From the human T2T-CHM13v2.0 reference genome, Homo sapiens: 64,000 bases of DNA. The number at the start of each line of letters is the position of its first letter. Positions within the stretch are counted from its first letter, which is position 1. The stretch lies in assembly GCF_009914755.1 (NCBI RefSeq), contig NC_060936.1. The stretch is one strand, 5' to 3'. Position numbers and translations under genes: made by a program. Under the pieces are notes generated by a model. The model worked only from the letters and a program-made list of their open reading frames with translations, searched no databases and was not told where the DNA came from. Positions 26,277 through 41,900 of this stretch are shown here, one piece after another.

Positions 26277-27521
26277 TCAAGGAGAAATAATTCATGGTTC
26301 TATACTTAACAAAGTCTCACTTGAAATAAAAAGAAAAGAAAAAGTTCTTTATTCTAATGAAGTATATTGCATTGTTAAGGTCTAGTATATTACATTTGTA
26401 CACACTCTTGACAGACTGTATCATTGCAAATAGGTGACCTTTTCCAACCCAAACACTCTCTAGAGCTTAGTTTTTTAAAAAGGCACTGATTATAAAGGTC
26501 ATAAACTTCCACAGGGATTTTTTTTTGAAGAGAACAACATGTTTTCTCTTCTAGCATTAAATTGTATATATATATTCCCTTAGATACACATAATTTAGAT
26601 ATTTAGGGTAACCGTCATTAAATGGTTTGGCTGTTTTCCAATAGAATTAGGAAACCAAGAACAAGAATTGTCCAAATTTGTTCAGATAATTATTACCAGA
26701 AAAACAATAGCTGTGTTTCACAAGGAGGTCTTTGGTGAGCCTCAGAAAAGAAGTAAAATCAAATGTGCCTGATGCCACTGATGAGAAACAATTTTTTTGG
26801 TAGGATTTACATAACCTTCCAAGTTTACATTTAATTGACTAACAATTTGGTGATGGTATATCAGTAGCTTAAAAGCCAACGCAGATGTATAAGTGAATAG
26901 TTCCCTTGCTTCTTATTTGTCGGCATTATGGCCTAATAATTTGAAAAAAAGATTTTAGAATCTTAGCCAGGGTAATGGCTCTAAGTAAAGAAAGATCACG
27001 TTGGTGGAATCCTTTAGTTGAAGTCTTACTCAGTAGGAAGGCTGAGGCTGCCTCTTCTCTCTCAACCCCACCTAGCCTACTAGGCACTCAGTAAGAATTC
27101 AGAAAATTTTTATCTTGTTTTTCCAGTAGAAATAGCATTTCAGAATGACCAATAGATTCAGTGGCCGAGTGAATGCGATACTTTACAGAAAAATACCAGC
27201 TTATAAATGTAGAAGTGATAGGATGACAATCTAATTTTTCAACCTGTACTGATTTAGATAATGATTATCCATTGTTATTTATACCCACTAGGTTTAATTG
27301 CCAACAGAGAACCAGGTATCTGTTGGTATTTAAGTAATGTTGCACAGGGTGCTTTCTGGTCACAATGAGAAAGGTGTAACTGTACAAAAGCAGGATCAGT
27401 TTATCATCTCATGATCAATTTAAGTGTCACAAATAGTGAGATAACAGATATTATGTATTTCCTGATATTATACAATATGATATCATTTATCATGTATTCT
27501 AAAACAAAATATACACCTACG

Positions 27522-27655
27522 TTATTTTTATTTTTTAATAGAGATGGGATCTCTCTATGTTGCCCAGGCTGGCCTCCAACTCCTGGGCTCAAGTGGTCCT
27601 CCCACCTCAATCTCCCTAGTAGCTTAGACTACAGGTGCATGCCACTGCTTCTGGC
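27522..27655 (-). mobile_element. FLAM / Alu monomer
   Basis: Single monomer gagatggg...ctatgttgcccaggctgg...actacaggtgcatgccact. Confidence 0.85.
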
Positions 27656-27699
27656 AATATCTGAATTTTATCAATGTTTAAAGCAACTTCTGTTTTACT

Positions 27700-28230
27700 G
27701 GGAGCACTAGGAATAGAAGGATCAAGAGCAAAGACACCACAAGGATGCAACCAACCAAATGAAGTAGGTGAAAAATTTTAGAGGACCACTTCTATGGTCT
27801 CTTTAATAAGTGAATGTCATGAAAATGACAATGTTCAAGATTAAGAGAAACTTCATAGACATGACCATCAGATGTAAAGTGAAATCTTGGATTGGATCTT
27901 GATTTGGAAAACCTTTGGAGGACTTTTCTGGGGACAACTAGAGAAATCTGAACAAGGATCAGGTAGTAGATTATATAAAATTTCACTAGCATGGAAAAAT
28001 GTAGATCATAGTCTAAAAAATTAGGTTACAAAACAGAATGTAAATACAATCTCAATTTGATAAAAAATACATACATGTGCATAAATACAGGTAGAAAAAG
28101 ATTTGGAATGATGAATAATTAGAGCAAACATTAGTAGGTTCTGGTAGAATCATGGTGATTTTGTTACTGCATTTTTGCTAATCTCTATTGTTAAATTTTT
28201 CACGATGTTCTTATAGTTGCTTTGCAATAA
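27700..28230 (+). mobile_element. Old L1M (L1ME/MC-like) 3' fragment
   Basis: agattaagagaaacttcatagacatgacc...cttggattggatcttg...gggacaactagagaaatctgaa. Confidence 0.55.
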
Positions 28231-28624
28231 AAGCTTTTATTAATTATACAAAGAAACAGAATTGACCACTGTTAACACCTTATTTGTTTTAAATCTATTA
28301 TGAATAAGTATACTGTGTATTGGACATGCTATATACAACACAGACATTCAGTCATCCCTCAAGTTTATGTTTGTTGTGCTATTTTATAACTAATGTTTTG
28401 ATGAAATTGCAGCCACTAACAAATTTTTTTCTAATCTACAATTAATCAACATTGTAAATAGTTAGGTACAAGAAAACCATTGGTTATCTGGAGAGAAACA
28501 AAGGAAGTTCATCAGTGCTTGAGTTTGAATGATTGAAAATTCAATTACAGATGACAGGATCAATTTATGGGGACCTCGGAGTAAGTCCCTGAAGCCATGT
28601 CCTCAGTCACTAAACACTAGAGTA

Positions 28625-28830
28625 CAGCTCATAAGGATGGGTTCTGGAGTCAGTCACACTGTCTGGATTTGAATCCTAGCTCCATCACTTGCACCTTGGG
28701 AACTTTGACTAAATGACTTAATTACCCTCAGCCTCAGTGCCTTCTTCTCTAAAATGGGTTTAATAATACTGTAGTTCCCAAGGGCTAGAGGAGATTACAT
28801 CTGTACAGCACTTAGCACATATATAACTCA
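28625..28830 (+). mobile_element. MIR SINE
   Basis: ttctggagtcag...tttgaatcctagctccatcactt...gcctcagt...taaaatggg...agcacttagcaca. Confidence 0.8.
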
Positions 28831-29129
28831 TTGAGAATACCTGAAAAATAATACTAAAATATAAGATACATAAAGGCAAATATTTCTGTCCATTTTTTTA
28901 ACTGCTGGAGCCTCAGTTCCTATAACACTACCCATTATAGAGTAAATCCTCAAGAAATATTTGCCATGATCTGAGTTTCATTCTGTTGACTTTCTTTCAC
29001 AATGTTAAAACAAACACTCAAAATTCCATTGCTATTATAACAGGCTTACCATCAGTCTCATTGAGATTTTTCTGTGATACTTATCTAGCAGGGAAGAACA
29101 GAAAAATAGAGGACTTTTTTTTCAGCAGA

Positions 29130-29890
29130 GTTTTCCTTTAAAAAGATTTCTTCATATGAATGCTGAACTCTAAAGCATATATATTTTAATAATTGTATTA
29201 CTACTCTTTATTAATTTCTTTTATATTCCTAACAAGCTATTTTTGGCATAGAATAAAACTATAAATTTGATTTACTTTTTTATTTAGCTGCTATGCTAAA
29301 TGTACCTATTTCTTGAGTTTTCTCGATTTTCTGCAGATAAAATAATTATCTTTTTTACTATTTATATTTATTTACTTCGTTTTCTTATCTTATTACATTG
29401 GCTAGACCCTTTAAAACATTAAATATGAGGGACAATAATGAGTATCCCTGGCTTTTTCTTGGCTTTAATGGAAATTACTTTAGTATTTAGCTGTTTTATA
29501 AATTTGCAGTTAGGTTTCAGTAAATTTTCTTAATCATATTTAACTGGTTTCTTCCTGTTTCTCTTTATTTGGAAGTTTTGAAATGGCTGAATTTTATCAA
29601 TTGCCTTTTTGGTACAGACTGCCATAACTATGGTGTTTCTTCCTCCAGTTTGATAATACAATGAATTAGATTGAGATATGTCCTGGTGTTCATTCTCTGA
29701 ATTCTAGAAAACATCTTACCTGTTCCTATAGTATTATTCATTTTAGACAGTGACAGACTATTTGCTAATATCTTTCAAGTTTTTGTATCTGTATGCAAAA
29801 ATAGCATTAGTGTTTTATATTTTATATTGTCTTTATCAGGTCAAGGTACTGTATTAGAGTTATGTTAGTTTTGCATAAGCTGCTTTACAT
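29130..29890 (-). mobile_element. Old L1M ORF2 fragment
   Basis: T-rich; attggctagaccct...gagtatccctggctttttcttgg...tgaattttatcaattgcctttt, typical antisense L1 ORF2. Confidence 0.65.
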
Positions 29891-29919
29891 ATTTTGAACT
29901 TAAGCTTCCTGTGTAACAC

Positions 29920-32290
<2,371 letters not shown>

Positions 32291-35200
32291 TAGCGAACTG
32301 TACACATTAAAGGGCCTGATCAGTTATCTGAAACCAGAATTTTATGATTCTGACCAAAAAGTTACATACTAGTAGCTGTGTGCCACATTAGAGTTAGTTG
32401 CCAATGTCTTATATACAAGAGATTTTACTGAAATATCTAGAAAAAATATCTGGTTTATCCAGAAAAATCAGCAACATTAGGCCCACATTCGTACAGTGTG
32501 CTGGAATTAAGTCATGGCTTCCCCCTTTGGGTGGCGCATGCAAGCCCCAGTTCACAACGTTATTTTTCCTTCCAGACTCCGGAACCTGGAGGCAATTGAG
32601 TTTGTAATTCCCGTCTTAGCCCTTGGCAAGATAAATAATTCAGCCTATTTTATTTACATTCAAGTATCATGGTAGAAAACAAGTTATTGATTACTGCTTC
32701 AAGAAAAAGGATTTGCATATTTGTGTATATATTTTTAAAAAGTGGATTAACTTTATGTTAAACAATCACTTGGCCACAAAGATTAATATTAACCTATATT
32801 AAAGGTTATTTTTGCTACCATCTTCATCCTACACAGTGAGCATAAATGTTGTTTCAAATATTGTTCCCAAATATTATTCAAATTCACCTAATTTTACATA
32901 TAATTGCAGATTAGAAAACTAATTTCATCACAATCTCCCCTTTCCTAAATTCCTCTCACTCAGCTATCTGAGCATCTCTCATGCATCAGGCCCTATGTTC
33001 CCACCTGTATTTTCTTTCCGTTGAAGTCCACCCATTCCAATTATTTAAGTGATTTCATTTGAATGATGTCAAAACTAATCCTCAGGTGATGTAAGCAGCT
33101 CCAAATATAATAATAGAAAGGAAAATATGGGTGAGAAATTACAAAAGGCTGGAGAATCAATTAACATATATACTTCTAAACAATTGTTAGAAAGTAAATT
33201 TGATCTGGGCTTCCCAGGAAACAAAGAAAAGAGGGAAAATGTCAACATGTATATGATTCACAGGCCCAAGTAAAACATCATTTAGTCATTTATAGTCTCA
33301 GAAATCTTGCTTATCCTAAGATCTGGGCGACATTTCACCAGTGAGGCGGTAGGACATTGTGTGATACAGTAAACAAAGTCCCCAATAGCATCCTTAGGAC
33401 ACTGATGTTTTTGCAGCTGTTAATGAAAATCTTCAACACAGGAAAACAGCAAAACCTTGATGTACAATTCCATAAAAATTTTTGAGGGGCCAAAACAATA
33501 GGGGTCAAGATCAAAGACACAGGGAAGGATAAATTAAAAACCATCACAAGGAATAATTCAACATCCAGTTTTTCAGGTAATCTGCCATAAATACTATTTC
33601 CTTCAGATGACTTCTTAAAACATAAGAATGGAAAAGCAGCATTTGAAGTTGTAATCTCTGGCAAGAACACAGAGTGTTAAGATGTCATGATACGATGAAG
33701 TCCACATACGGAACAACTAAGAAACAACTAAAACACGTGCATGAATGGAGAACCACTGCATGGCTGTGGCAAGGAGAGCGGAGGATCCTAATCTTCCCCA
33801 GCAAGGCTTTCTGGTTCTCCTCCAACACACAGCTGAGTCACAGAGGCCCTGGACAATGTGTCTGGACAAATCTCACGCTAAGCATTATCTTCTACGTCCA
33901 CAGAAAAAAATCTGTTGTATAATATTGTCAGATTCAGGCCAACTGAATTCTGGAGGACATATGCAAAGACACTGCATTTCATCTTTGGACGTCCTTTCTT
34001 GGCAGGACCACTTGTCTCCCAAAGCCTGTCCTAGGATGTGGCAATAAGGCTATACCGTCGGGGTAGAGATTTCAAGATACACATCTTTTGACCCCCCATT
34101 GCAGTAGATGATGTTTTTTTCCATTTCTCTGGTACTTGAGCTAAGCTCCTGTGGCTCAGATTATTTATTGCATTACTTTTGTAACCTTTCTCCCAAAGGA
34201 ACATGTAAGCCATACACAGTTGGCATCAAATATTACTGGATGACAGATTTGTTTTTAAAATGGTAAAATTAGACAATACGTCTCATCTAAATTCATGGAA
34301 TTCTCCCCTCTAATAATAGAGTCATGTGATAGCTTAAAAACACATGCTTTATCATCATTCAGTAGCAGTTTATTCATTAGAACATTCTGTACTCCTCTAA
34401 AAATCCAACATATCTCGTCACATCTCATATTTGGTTATTTTCCTTCTCAAAAGGTCTTGTTACAAATCTAATGCATTTAACTACCAAACTATGCCCACAA
34501 GGGTACTTGGACAATGGCTTACATTTTAAATTATAGCAATTGTGGGTGCTGCTGACCTGTCAATCTCAAATATATTCATAAGCTACACACACGAAAATGA
34601 AATGAACAAAGTGATTCAGATTAAACAGCTCTGACTATCCATTTTAAGAAAATCACTGGGTGTGCCTAGGATCCAATGCTAACAATTTGTTACGCACTGC
34701 AGTGTTACAGCTTTCTAAATGGTAAGTAACTGTTTAAAAATTCCAAAGCATTCTTAAAACGTTTCACTTAAACATTTCTGCAATAAAATCTTATTGAACT
34801 GTTGCTTTCATTAATTTTCTACAGACTAGAGAGCAAGGAATTCAAGTTCGATTTTTTTTTCTTTTACTTTGCCTACTACTAGCAAATAAACTGTGCCTCT
34901 TTTTTAAATAAACCCCTGGCCTTGAGTTTTGGCCCCTTAATAGTAGCCTACATGGTTGACTACCCTTGGTGTTAAATTTTCTTAAATTGTATTTCTGTCA
35001 GTGTATCATTTTTTTAAGCAATGGACCCTATAATAGCAAGCACTGGTCTGTCAGGAGTGCATTTTAACAGCACGACACAAGTATTTTTCACTACAGGAGA
35101 CAAACAATGATATGTATTACATGCAGTAAACACTGCCTTTGGTACACAGGGTTCTCTTAGCATTTATCTGTCTAAAAATCTCACTGTGTCCTGAATGGGG

Positions 35201-35495
35201 GGTTTCAGGGGGAGGGAGAGGAACCTTGTCTCATATTAATGCTGCCAGTAGCTATGGTATAGTGTTAGAAAAAGTCCACAAGCATTGCTACATTTCTCAT
35301 GAAAGAAAACCTTGATTTAATTTTAAATGAACAAAACAAGGAATATTAATTCATGCTTAAAAAGTCCCTTTCTTTCAGATAATTACCCTGTCTTTCTCTT
35401 ACGACTTCTTTCCCAAGCTTTGGTATTTTCCCCCTTTTATTCACAAGTATCTTTATCAAACAACTTTCAATTAAACATAAAAAGCTACTAAGACA

Positions 35496-35720
35496 TAGTG
35501 CTCTCCAAATTTAAGGTGCAATACTCCAAGAAATGCTTAAAAAATTATTAGCATTTCCATGCATTTTCTACTTTTTCCTTTAAACATTGTTTTCATAATT
35601 TTTAAAATGTATAATAAAGTATTTACAATTTATAAATATATACAAATATACAAATTGAAGGTGTGCACTCAAATTTCTTTAAGAATAAAGATATATAATC
35701 AAATTGTTTAAAGAACACTG
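35496..35720 (+). mobile_element. Charlie4-like hAT DNA transposon relic
   Basis: TIR-like tagtgctctccaaa / tttaaagaacactg; aatttataaata...ggtgtgcactcaaa internal motif. Confidence 0.5.
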
Positions 35721-36349
35721 TGAAAAATAATGTGAGTAAAAAAGTTGGTATTCAATTTCCTTGCCACCTGAGAAAAAGATGCAAAATCAACACTATAAAG
35801 AAAACCTAAAACAACCTAAAATTTTATAATATAATTCTACTCTATGGAATATTAAATATAATGCTTTACAAGGCCATAGAACTTTTATAAGGTAAAACAG
35901 GGAGAGCATGGATATATAAGGTATTTTAGAAAACTATCACCTCAGTTACAAAGGAAACAGAATTTTCAGTAATTCTCCCAAAGATCCAAATTCATCCTAA
36001 TTTATATAAAGCACACTACAATCTTAATTTAACAATCCATTCCAAATTCCAATAATCTCCAGTGTTGAGATATTTTTTCCATACAGCCTAAAGTGCACAT
36101 ATTTAGACATTTCTCCACCCATCTCCTTTGCACACGAAAAGTTGGTAAACGACCTCATTATACTAGTAGCCTTTCATATTCTTCATTATTAATCACTCTT
36201 AAACCTCTTCTTCAATCTTCTCCTCATGTTTAATTTCTCCCTTATCTTATCTTCATAACTCAGTGCCATTCTCCCTTCATAACAACAGAAGCTGACATTG
36301 GAGGAGTATCAGCCAATGTGTACCGCTCTTTCCCTACTGTGGTCCACTG

Positions 36350-36480
36350 TCACCCCTAACTATTTTATGAATAGGATTCCTATTTCTAGAGAAGAAAACG
36401 CAGACTTGGAGAGGTTGAGTAAGTTGCCTAGGAATGTGAAGCTGGGGTGTAGCAGAAGGGGGTCGACGTCAGGTCTGGAT
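36350..36480 (-). mobile_element. MIR SINE
   Basis: gaagaaaacgcagacttggagaggttgagtaagttgcctagg. Confidence 0.65.
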
Positions 36481-38549
36481 ACCTCACCGTGATGCAACCT
36501 GACATGCCTCTAAGATCTACGAATTAGATGTAACCTCACCCAGTTTGGAAGATTTTAGGGAAGTGACAAGAACTCATGTAACTTTTTATTTTTTAATGAA
36601 GTGATATTCACAGAAGATTATAACAACAGTAGATGAATGCATCCTAATAGGAATACATAAGTTATCTGCCACTGATGATCATTGATGGAGAAGGGGCAAT
36701 ACCTAATGTAGTAGAATAATGAGAAACACATGATGAGACATTTAAAATATACTGTACATATTACTATGAGTGCAGTATAAGCTTGTGGCTTTACTTTTAC
36801 TTGTGACTTCACAGTAAAAAATTAGGTCGTAGTGCAGATGAAAGGCTCCGTATAAATTAGGAAGGAAAAATTTAAGAAAAATTAATTTAAAATCTCCTGA
36901 AAAATTATGTCTTTTTTAGGTTGCTGCAGAAGTCAAGAGCTAACCAAGAAGACAAGGAATGTAACATATTTAATCAAATAAGCACATCATCTCTATTATA
37001 AAGACAGTGGTTTGTTTAATAACTATCACTGACAAGATTATTTCAGATTATTTAAACACCAAGCAAACTATCAGGTCAAGATCAAGCAACTTTTCTTTAA
37101 GATCAAGCTCAAATTGATCTGCCTTGGAAGACGAGGATCACCAAGTGATTAGGAATATAGGTTCCTCAACTCAATCTGGACAAGAAAAGCATCTGCCAGG
37201 AAGAACAGAGGGGGACTGTTAGAAATTGTAACAGAAAAAAGCCCCCAAGATGCAGACCACAGTAGGAATTAAGCCTCGTAAAGCTCTCTGGCTACTGTCT
37301 CCGTCTAGCTTTCTGGGAAGTATGTGTTGGATTTTTTTGTGCATGAAGTATAAATGCCACCGTTTTTGAAAGCCCACCCATTCATCCTGTACCTCCTTAT
37401 AAGATTCAAAGCACATTTGCATAGCTTCTTAGCCAAGTATGCATGAAGATATCCCAGCCCATTTTATAAATATACATGCAAGCTCGAGAACTTTGATTTG
37501 TACCCAAAGTTTAAACTTAAACATTTTTAAAAGACACTTTGTACATACAAATCCCACTGTTATAAATAGAAATTAATATTTAACTTTTGGCTTTGAGGAT
37601 TATGCTTAGCTCTTCTTGAAGCGAAACTAACATTAGTGAGCTAGGATTAAGGTTAGTGGGTTAGGTTAGTGGTGGGAAATATAAGCATAAACAAACTCTC
37701 ATGTAACATTTGTCTCATCAAGAATGTAATTCACGAAATTGTTTTAAATAACAATATGTCCTTAATGTATCTTCTCTAAGTGCTGGATTTAGAAACATTT
37801 ATCATAACTAGAGCAAATATATTATTTTACATGTTTTGTAACTATAAGATAATTAAATAGGGCTTGGCTTGACTTTAAAAAGTGAAAAAAATACAAGAAT
37901 ATCACCCCTCAGACCTAGAATAGCGGACTTCAAGAGTAGAAAATTAATGGCCTTTGAAAAATCCACATCTTTGCAATTTGTATTACCTAAGAATTAAAAA
38001 AAAAAATCGGTATCATTGTGATCAGGACAGTTTGATGACATCTTTGGTCAAGATCTTACTCTCATAAATGCTGTGTTGGCAGTCCTAGCTCATCAATATA
38101 GGCATTTCCTTGAATTTCACATTGAAATACTATGATGTATAGATATTCCATTTGCCATATTAATAGACGAATGTAGATGCATCACTTTAAAATCAAACAT
38201 GCGACTATATCATCCCCCTTAGATTGGCAACAGATCATCACGTGACCAAATCCAGAAGCCTATTTTCAAATTCATATTTCACAACTATTACTTAATCACA
38301 CAGGGTCATCAATGGGGCCAAATAAAAAGACATCCAAAAAAACTTCCAGTAAATAAATGAAAAATAATCTCATTCAATTCAGCAGATGAATTCTATAATC
38401 CCAAATGAAATTGATTTCACAACTGCCTCACTGAATAAGCTTTACAATGGTTTTCAAATTGAAGTATTATCACTTTTCTAGGGGACATTTAGAAATGTAT
38501 ACGGGGCATTGTTTGTTGCAACAGTGATAGGTGGTACCATAGACCTACA

Positions 38550-38998
38550 CAGTGACTACCCCTTATTCTTGCCCCTCCTGCTCTCCCACACCCCAGCTGC
38601 ACTAGTATCTGTGATGTCCTTCAAACATATGAGAAAAACTCCCACCTCAGGGCCTTTGTACTGGATGTTCCTGAGCCCAGAATGTCCTTCCCATACGTGA
38701 TCATGGCTAGCTCCTTCACTTTCATCAGGTCATTACTCAAGTCACCGTCTCAGTGAGGCTGTCTGCACCCCCTCCACACAAACCAAAATTCTACAAACCT
38801 CTTGTACTGCTTCATTTTCTCCTCATTGTGTTTATCATCTCCTCATGCCCTATACTTATTTTGTTGATTACCTATTTCCCCTAAGTAGAATATAAACTCT
38901 ACAAGGGGAGCAGGTATTTTTGTGTTTTATTTAGTGCTGTATGTCAAGGCCTTTTACAGTACCTAGAATATACAGAATGATCACATTTATTGAATGAA
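38550..38998 (+). mobile_element. L2a LINE 3' end
   Basis: cccacctcagggcctttgtactggatgttcc...tagaatataaactctacaagg...tttattgaatgaa. Confidence 0.8.
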
Positions 38999-41900
38999 AA
39001 AATGGGAATGGGGATGATTGTTTTGCAAGAGGTATCAATTGTACAAGGAAAGATAAGCATTTTGCAAGGGGTGTCAATTATTGATAACTTACTGATATCT
39101 GTGATAAGAGATGGAACAATACAAATAGCATGAAAGTTACAAGCTAAGTCTGTCTTGCTCTGCACCCAAAATATAACCCGTGAAGCTCAAAGCTCAGCTT
39201 TCATAAGAGGACCACTGGCTTATGAAATAATTTTTATGAAGTCCAGATACTTTATAACCTCCCTGCTTCAGAATATTTTCTAATCTCTCCTGATCATACC
39301 TCTTGTCATTCTCTATATTGGTTCCATGGGACTTAATTGGAGTGAAACTCTTTATATATTCTACTTAGTTATTTGACAATAATAGTGACTATGTTTATCA
39401 GGTGTAGAAAATTTGAAAAATAACTTGCTCTTAAGTTCTTTCCAATTTTCCCAGACTGGATAGCTTATTCTTCACAAAAGAAAGTATGTATAACTTTGTA
39501 CTTTATATATTATACAAAATTAATTAGAAATGTAGTATTTCACATTCATTATTTATAAGAACGAAGTATTGGCACTCAAATATTTGTCAAGTGACTAAAT
39601 GGTTTCATTGTAGAACTTTTAAAGAGATAGCAAAGCAAGTAATCATAAACACAAACCCCAATCCTGCCTCTCAGCAAGGGTTGCACCGTGAAAGAAGAGA
39701 TTCTTCTAGCTCAGGAACTTTCTAATATTTTTCCTAATAAATGGTCACAGAAAATACTGGCTTATAAATTTGAAGGCAATTACTTATAATTTCTTTGTAT
39801 CTCCCAAAGTGCAAATGTTCCTCAGTGGATATTCACATGCAATATTTATAGACTCTAAAATTACATTCACAGTATAAGTGAGCATCTCACCTGTAAAATG
39901 CAAATAACCTGCTCATGGAAACTAATACTTGCATGAAGTTACAACTGCTTTTTCCATCCACTTCCCTTACTCCTACCCACCCAGGTAAAGGAACAGGTAC
40001 TGATCCACTCATGTTACCAACTTTATACATAGATATTGGTAAGAATATATTTTTATTGAGCAGCTAATAAACAAAAAATAAGTGGTATGCTTAATGTTGT
40101 AAGGTATTTTAAAATGTAACAGTCTTGATTCTTCTATTTTTTGGTGAAATGTGAGCAGTATGTCAAAAAACACTATCCTAGAGATGGAAAATTAAAAAAC
40201 ATTAAAAATAATTACTAAAGAGATTTCAAAATCTTTTAAAAACAAAAAGAATAAAATAATTTCAAAAACAGGTAAATAAACATCTCTGTTAGAACTGCTA
40301 AAATAAAAACATAACATTGTTCTAAAAGTTTTAGAAACTAGGAGTAAAGTAATGACATCTAAAATTAGCTTTTCCCTCTTGTTGCTTGTTGGGATCCCAC
40401 AGCATAAATGAGACAGGAATTTATTTTTTCTCTGTGGTATCTGGATTACTGTTAAACATTAGGATTAGCACATTTTATGAAGTTCCATGCCTGCTTACTA
40501 GTCCTTGTCATATCTGATATTTATGTTTACTAAAATTGATTTTCTCTTTTTATTAATAGCTTGGGTTTAATGTGGACGATGCTTCACTGCATTAGTGATA
40601 ACAATTTTACTTAAATATTGCTTTGGTGTGCTCTTCTGCAAATACTCTTTCAATTCCTAAGAGTCTTTTATTTTCCCAGTAGCCCAGTTGGAGAGTTTTA
40701 ATATTAAATTGAATCATAACAACACATGCTGATTAGAGTCTAACTTAATACATGCAGCTTAATGTTAATTTTCCACCTTCAAATCAGGGATTTGACTATT
40801 CCAAGATGATTATTCATCTCAAGTGTGATTTCATTTTAAACTTGTAAAGCCCACAACTAGAGATTTTTGCATCAGAAAACACTAACATGATAGCGCAAAG
40901 GAATTCGGCGAAAAGAGAATCATTACATAACTACAAAAATACTGTTGAGAAGAAAAAGGTTTATCAAGAAGATTTCATAATACAGCACAGAAGCAAAAAA
41001 TGGCACAAGCAAATGCACAGTTGGCTGATGTAGTTAGTTTGTGAAGATAGAAAACGTTTGGTTTCTATAATAAGAGGATATGCTTAGGTCCTAATTCCTT
41101 TAGAGAAAGTTATCCATTAATACTGATAATAAAGGGGGGAAAGGCATAAGCCAAAGGAATTGTTTTAAAGTTAGAAATGAAAAGCTAAATGCCACATTTC
41201 TTGCTTCACAGTATAAACTTCCACTTCAAAATAAGCTTCGTGTAAGCACCTTGAAAAGGGAAATACATGGTTAATCATCAAAACAAGTATATTATCATAG
41301 TAAAAACAGAACTAGAACAGGCAGTATCAAACTCCCTCGGAGCTAAGAAAAACAGAATTAGATATTTAAAATCACAAGGAAATAAATTTAGGCATTCTGT
41401 AGTTTTATAAAAGTTGTCCTACATGTTAGACTGATTAATATCCTGTAAGAATAGATGAGTGCTATAGTTTGCAATATTAACGAATTAGCTGGCGTCAGGT
41501 GTTTGAATTTTACAAGTTTTAAAGCTTACCAAGCTATGGTGATTTGTTGGCTAAAGTCAATGATGACAAAAGGTAATGGCCATTCTAAGGTTACACAGAT
41601 TCCAATCTCTGTATGTGCAGCATGTATGTATATAGATCCACACCTCTTCAAATGCTTAACAAGAGGAAGTGCCATGTGTCAGCAGAAGTAATCATATACA
41701 CAAACCAATTTTTATAAGCCAATTAAACTAAAAAATAAAAAAGAAAGAAAAAGGCCATTTATAGAGACATGGCTAATACAAATGGAGTTTTATAAAAATA
41801 CCTAGCAAATTGAACAGAGTATTGCTATTTTTATTTTTATTCCCTTTGTTTTCCAGATCTTGTCCAGCATTTACACTTCATATATTGTATTTTTTATTGA

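Noticed and set aside
29710-29730. CAG|GTAAGA on minus strand as a recursive site
   Set aside because: No upstream pyrimidine tract; lies within an old L1 fragment.
32520-32540. Possible CTCF site (cctttgggtggcgc)
   Set aside because: Three mismatches to the core consensus; not supportable from sequence alone.
39021-39081. Degenerate 22-bp direct repeat (ttttgcaag.ggt.tcaatt)
   Set aside because: Only two diverged copies; ordinary old microduplication, not an array.
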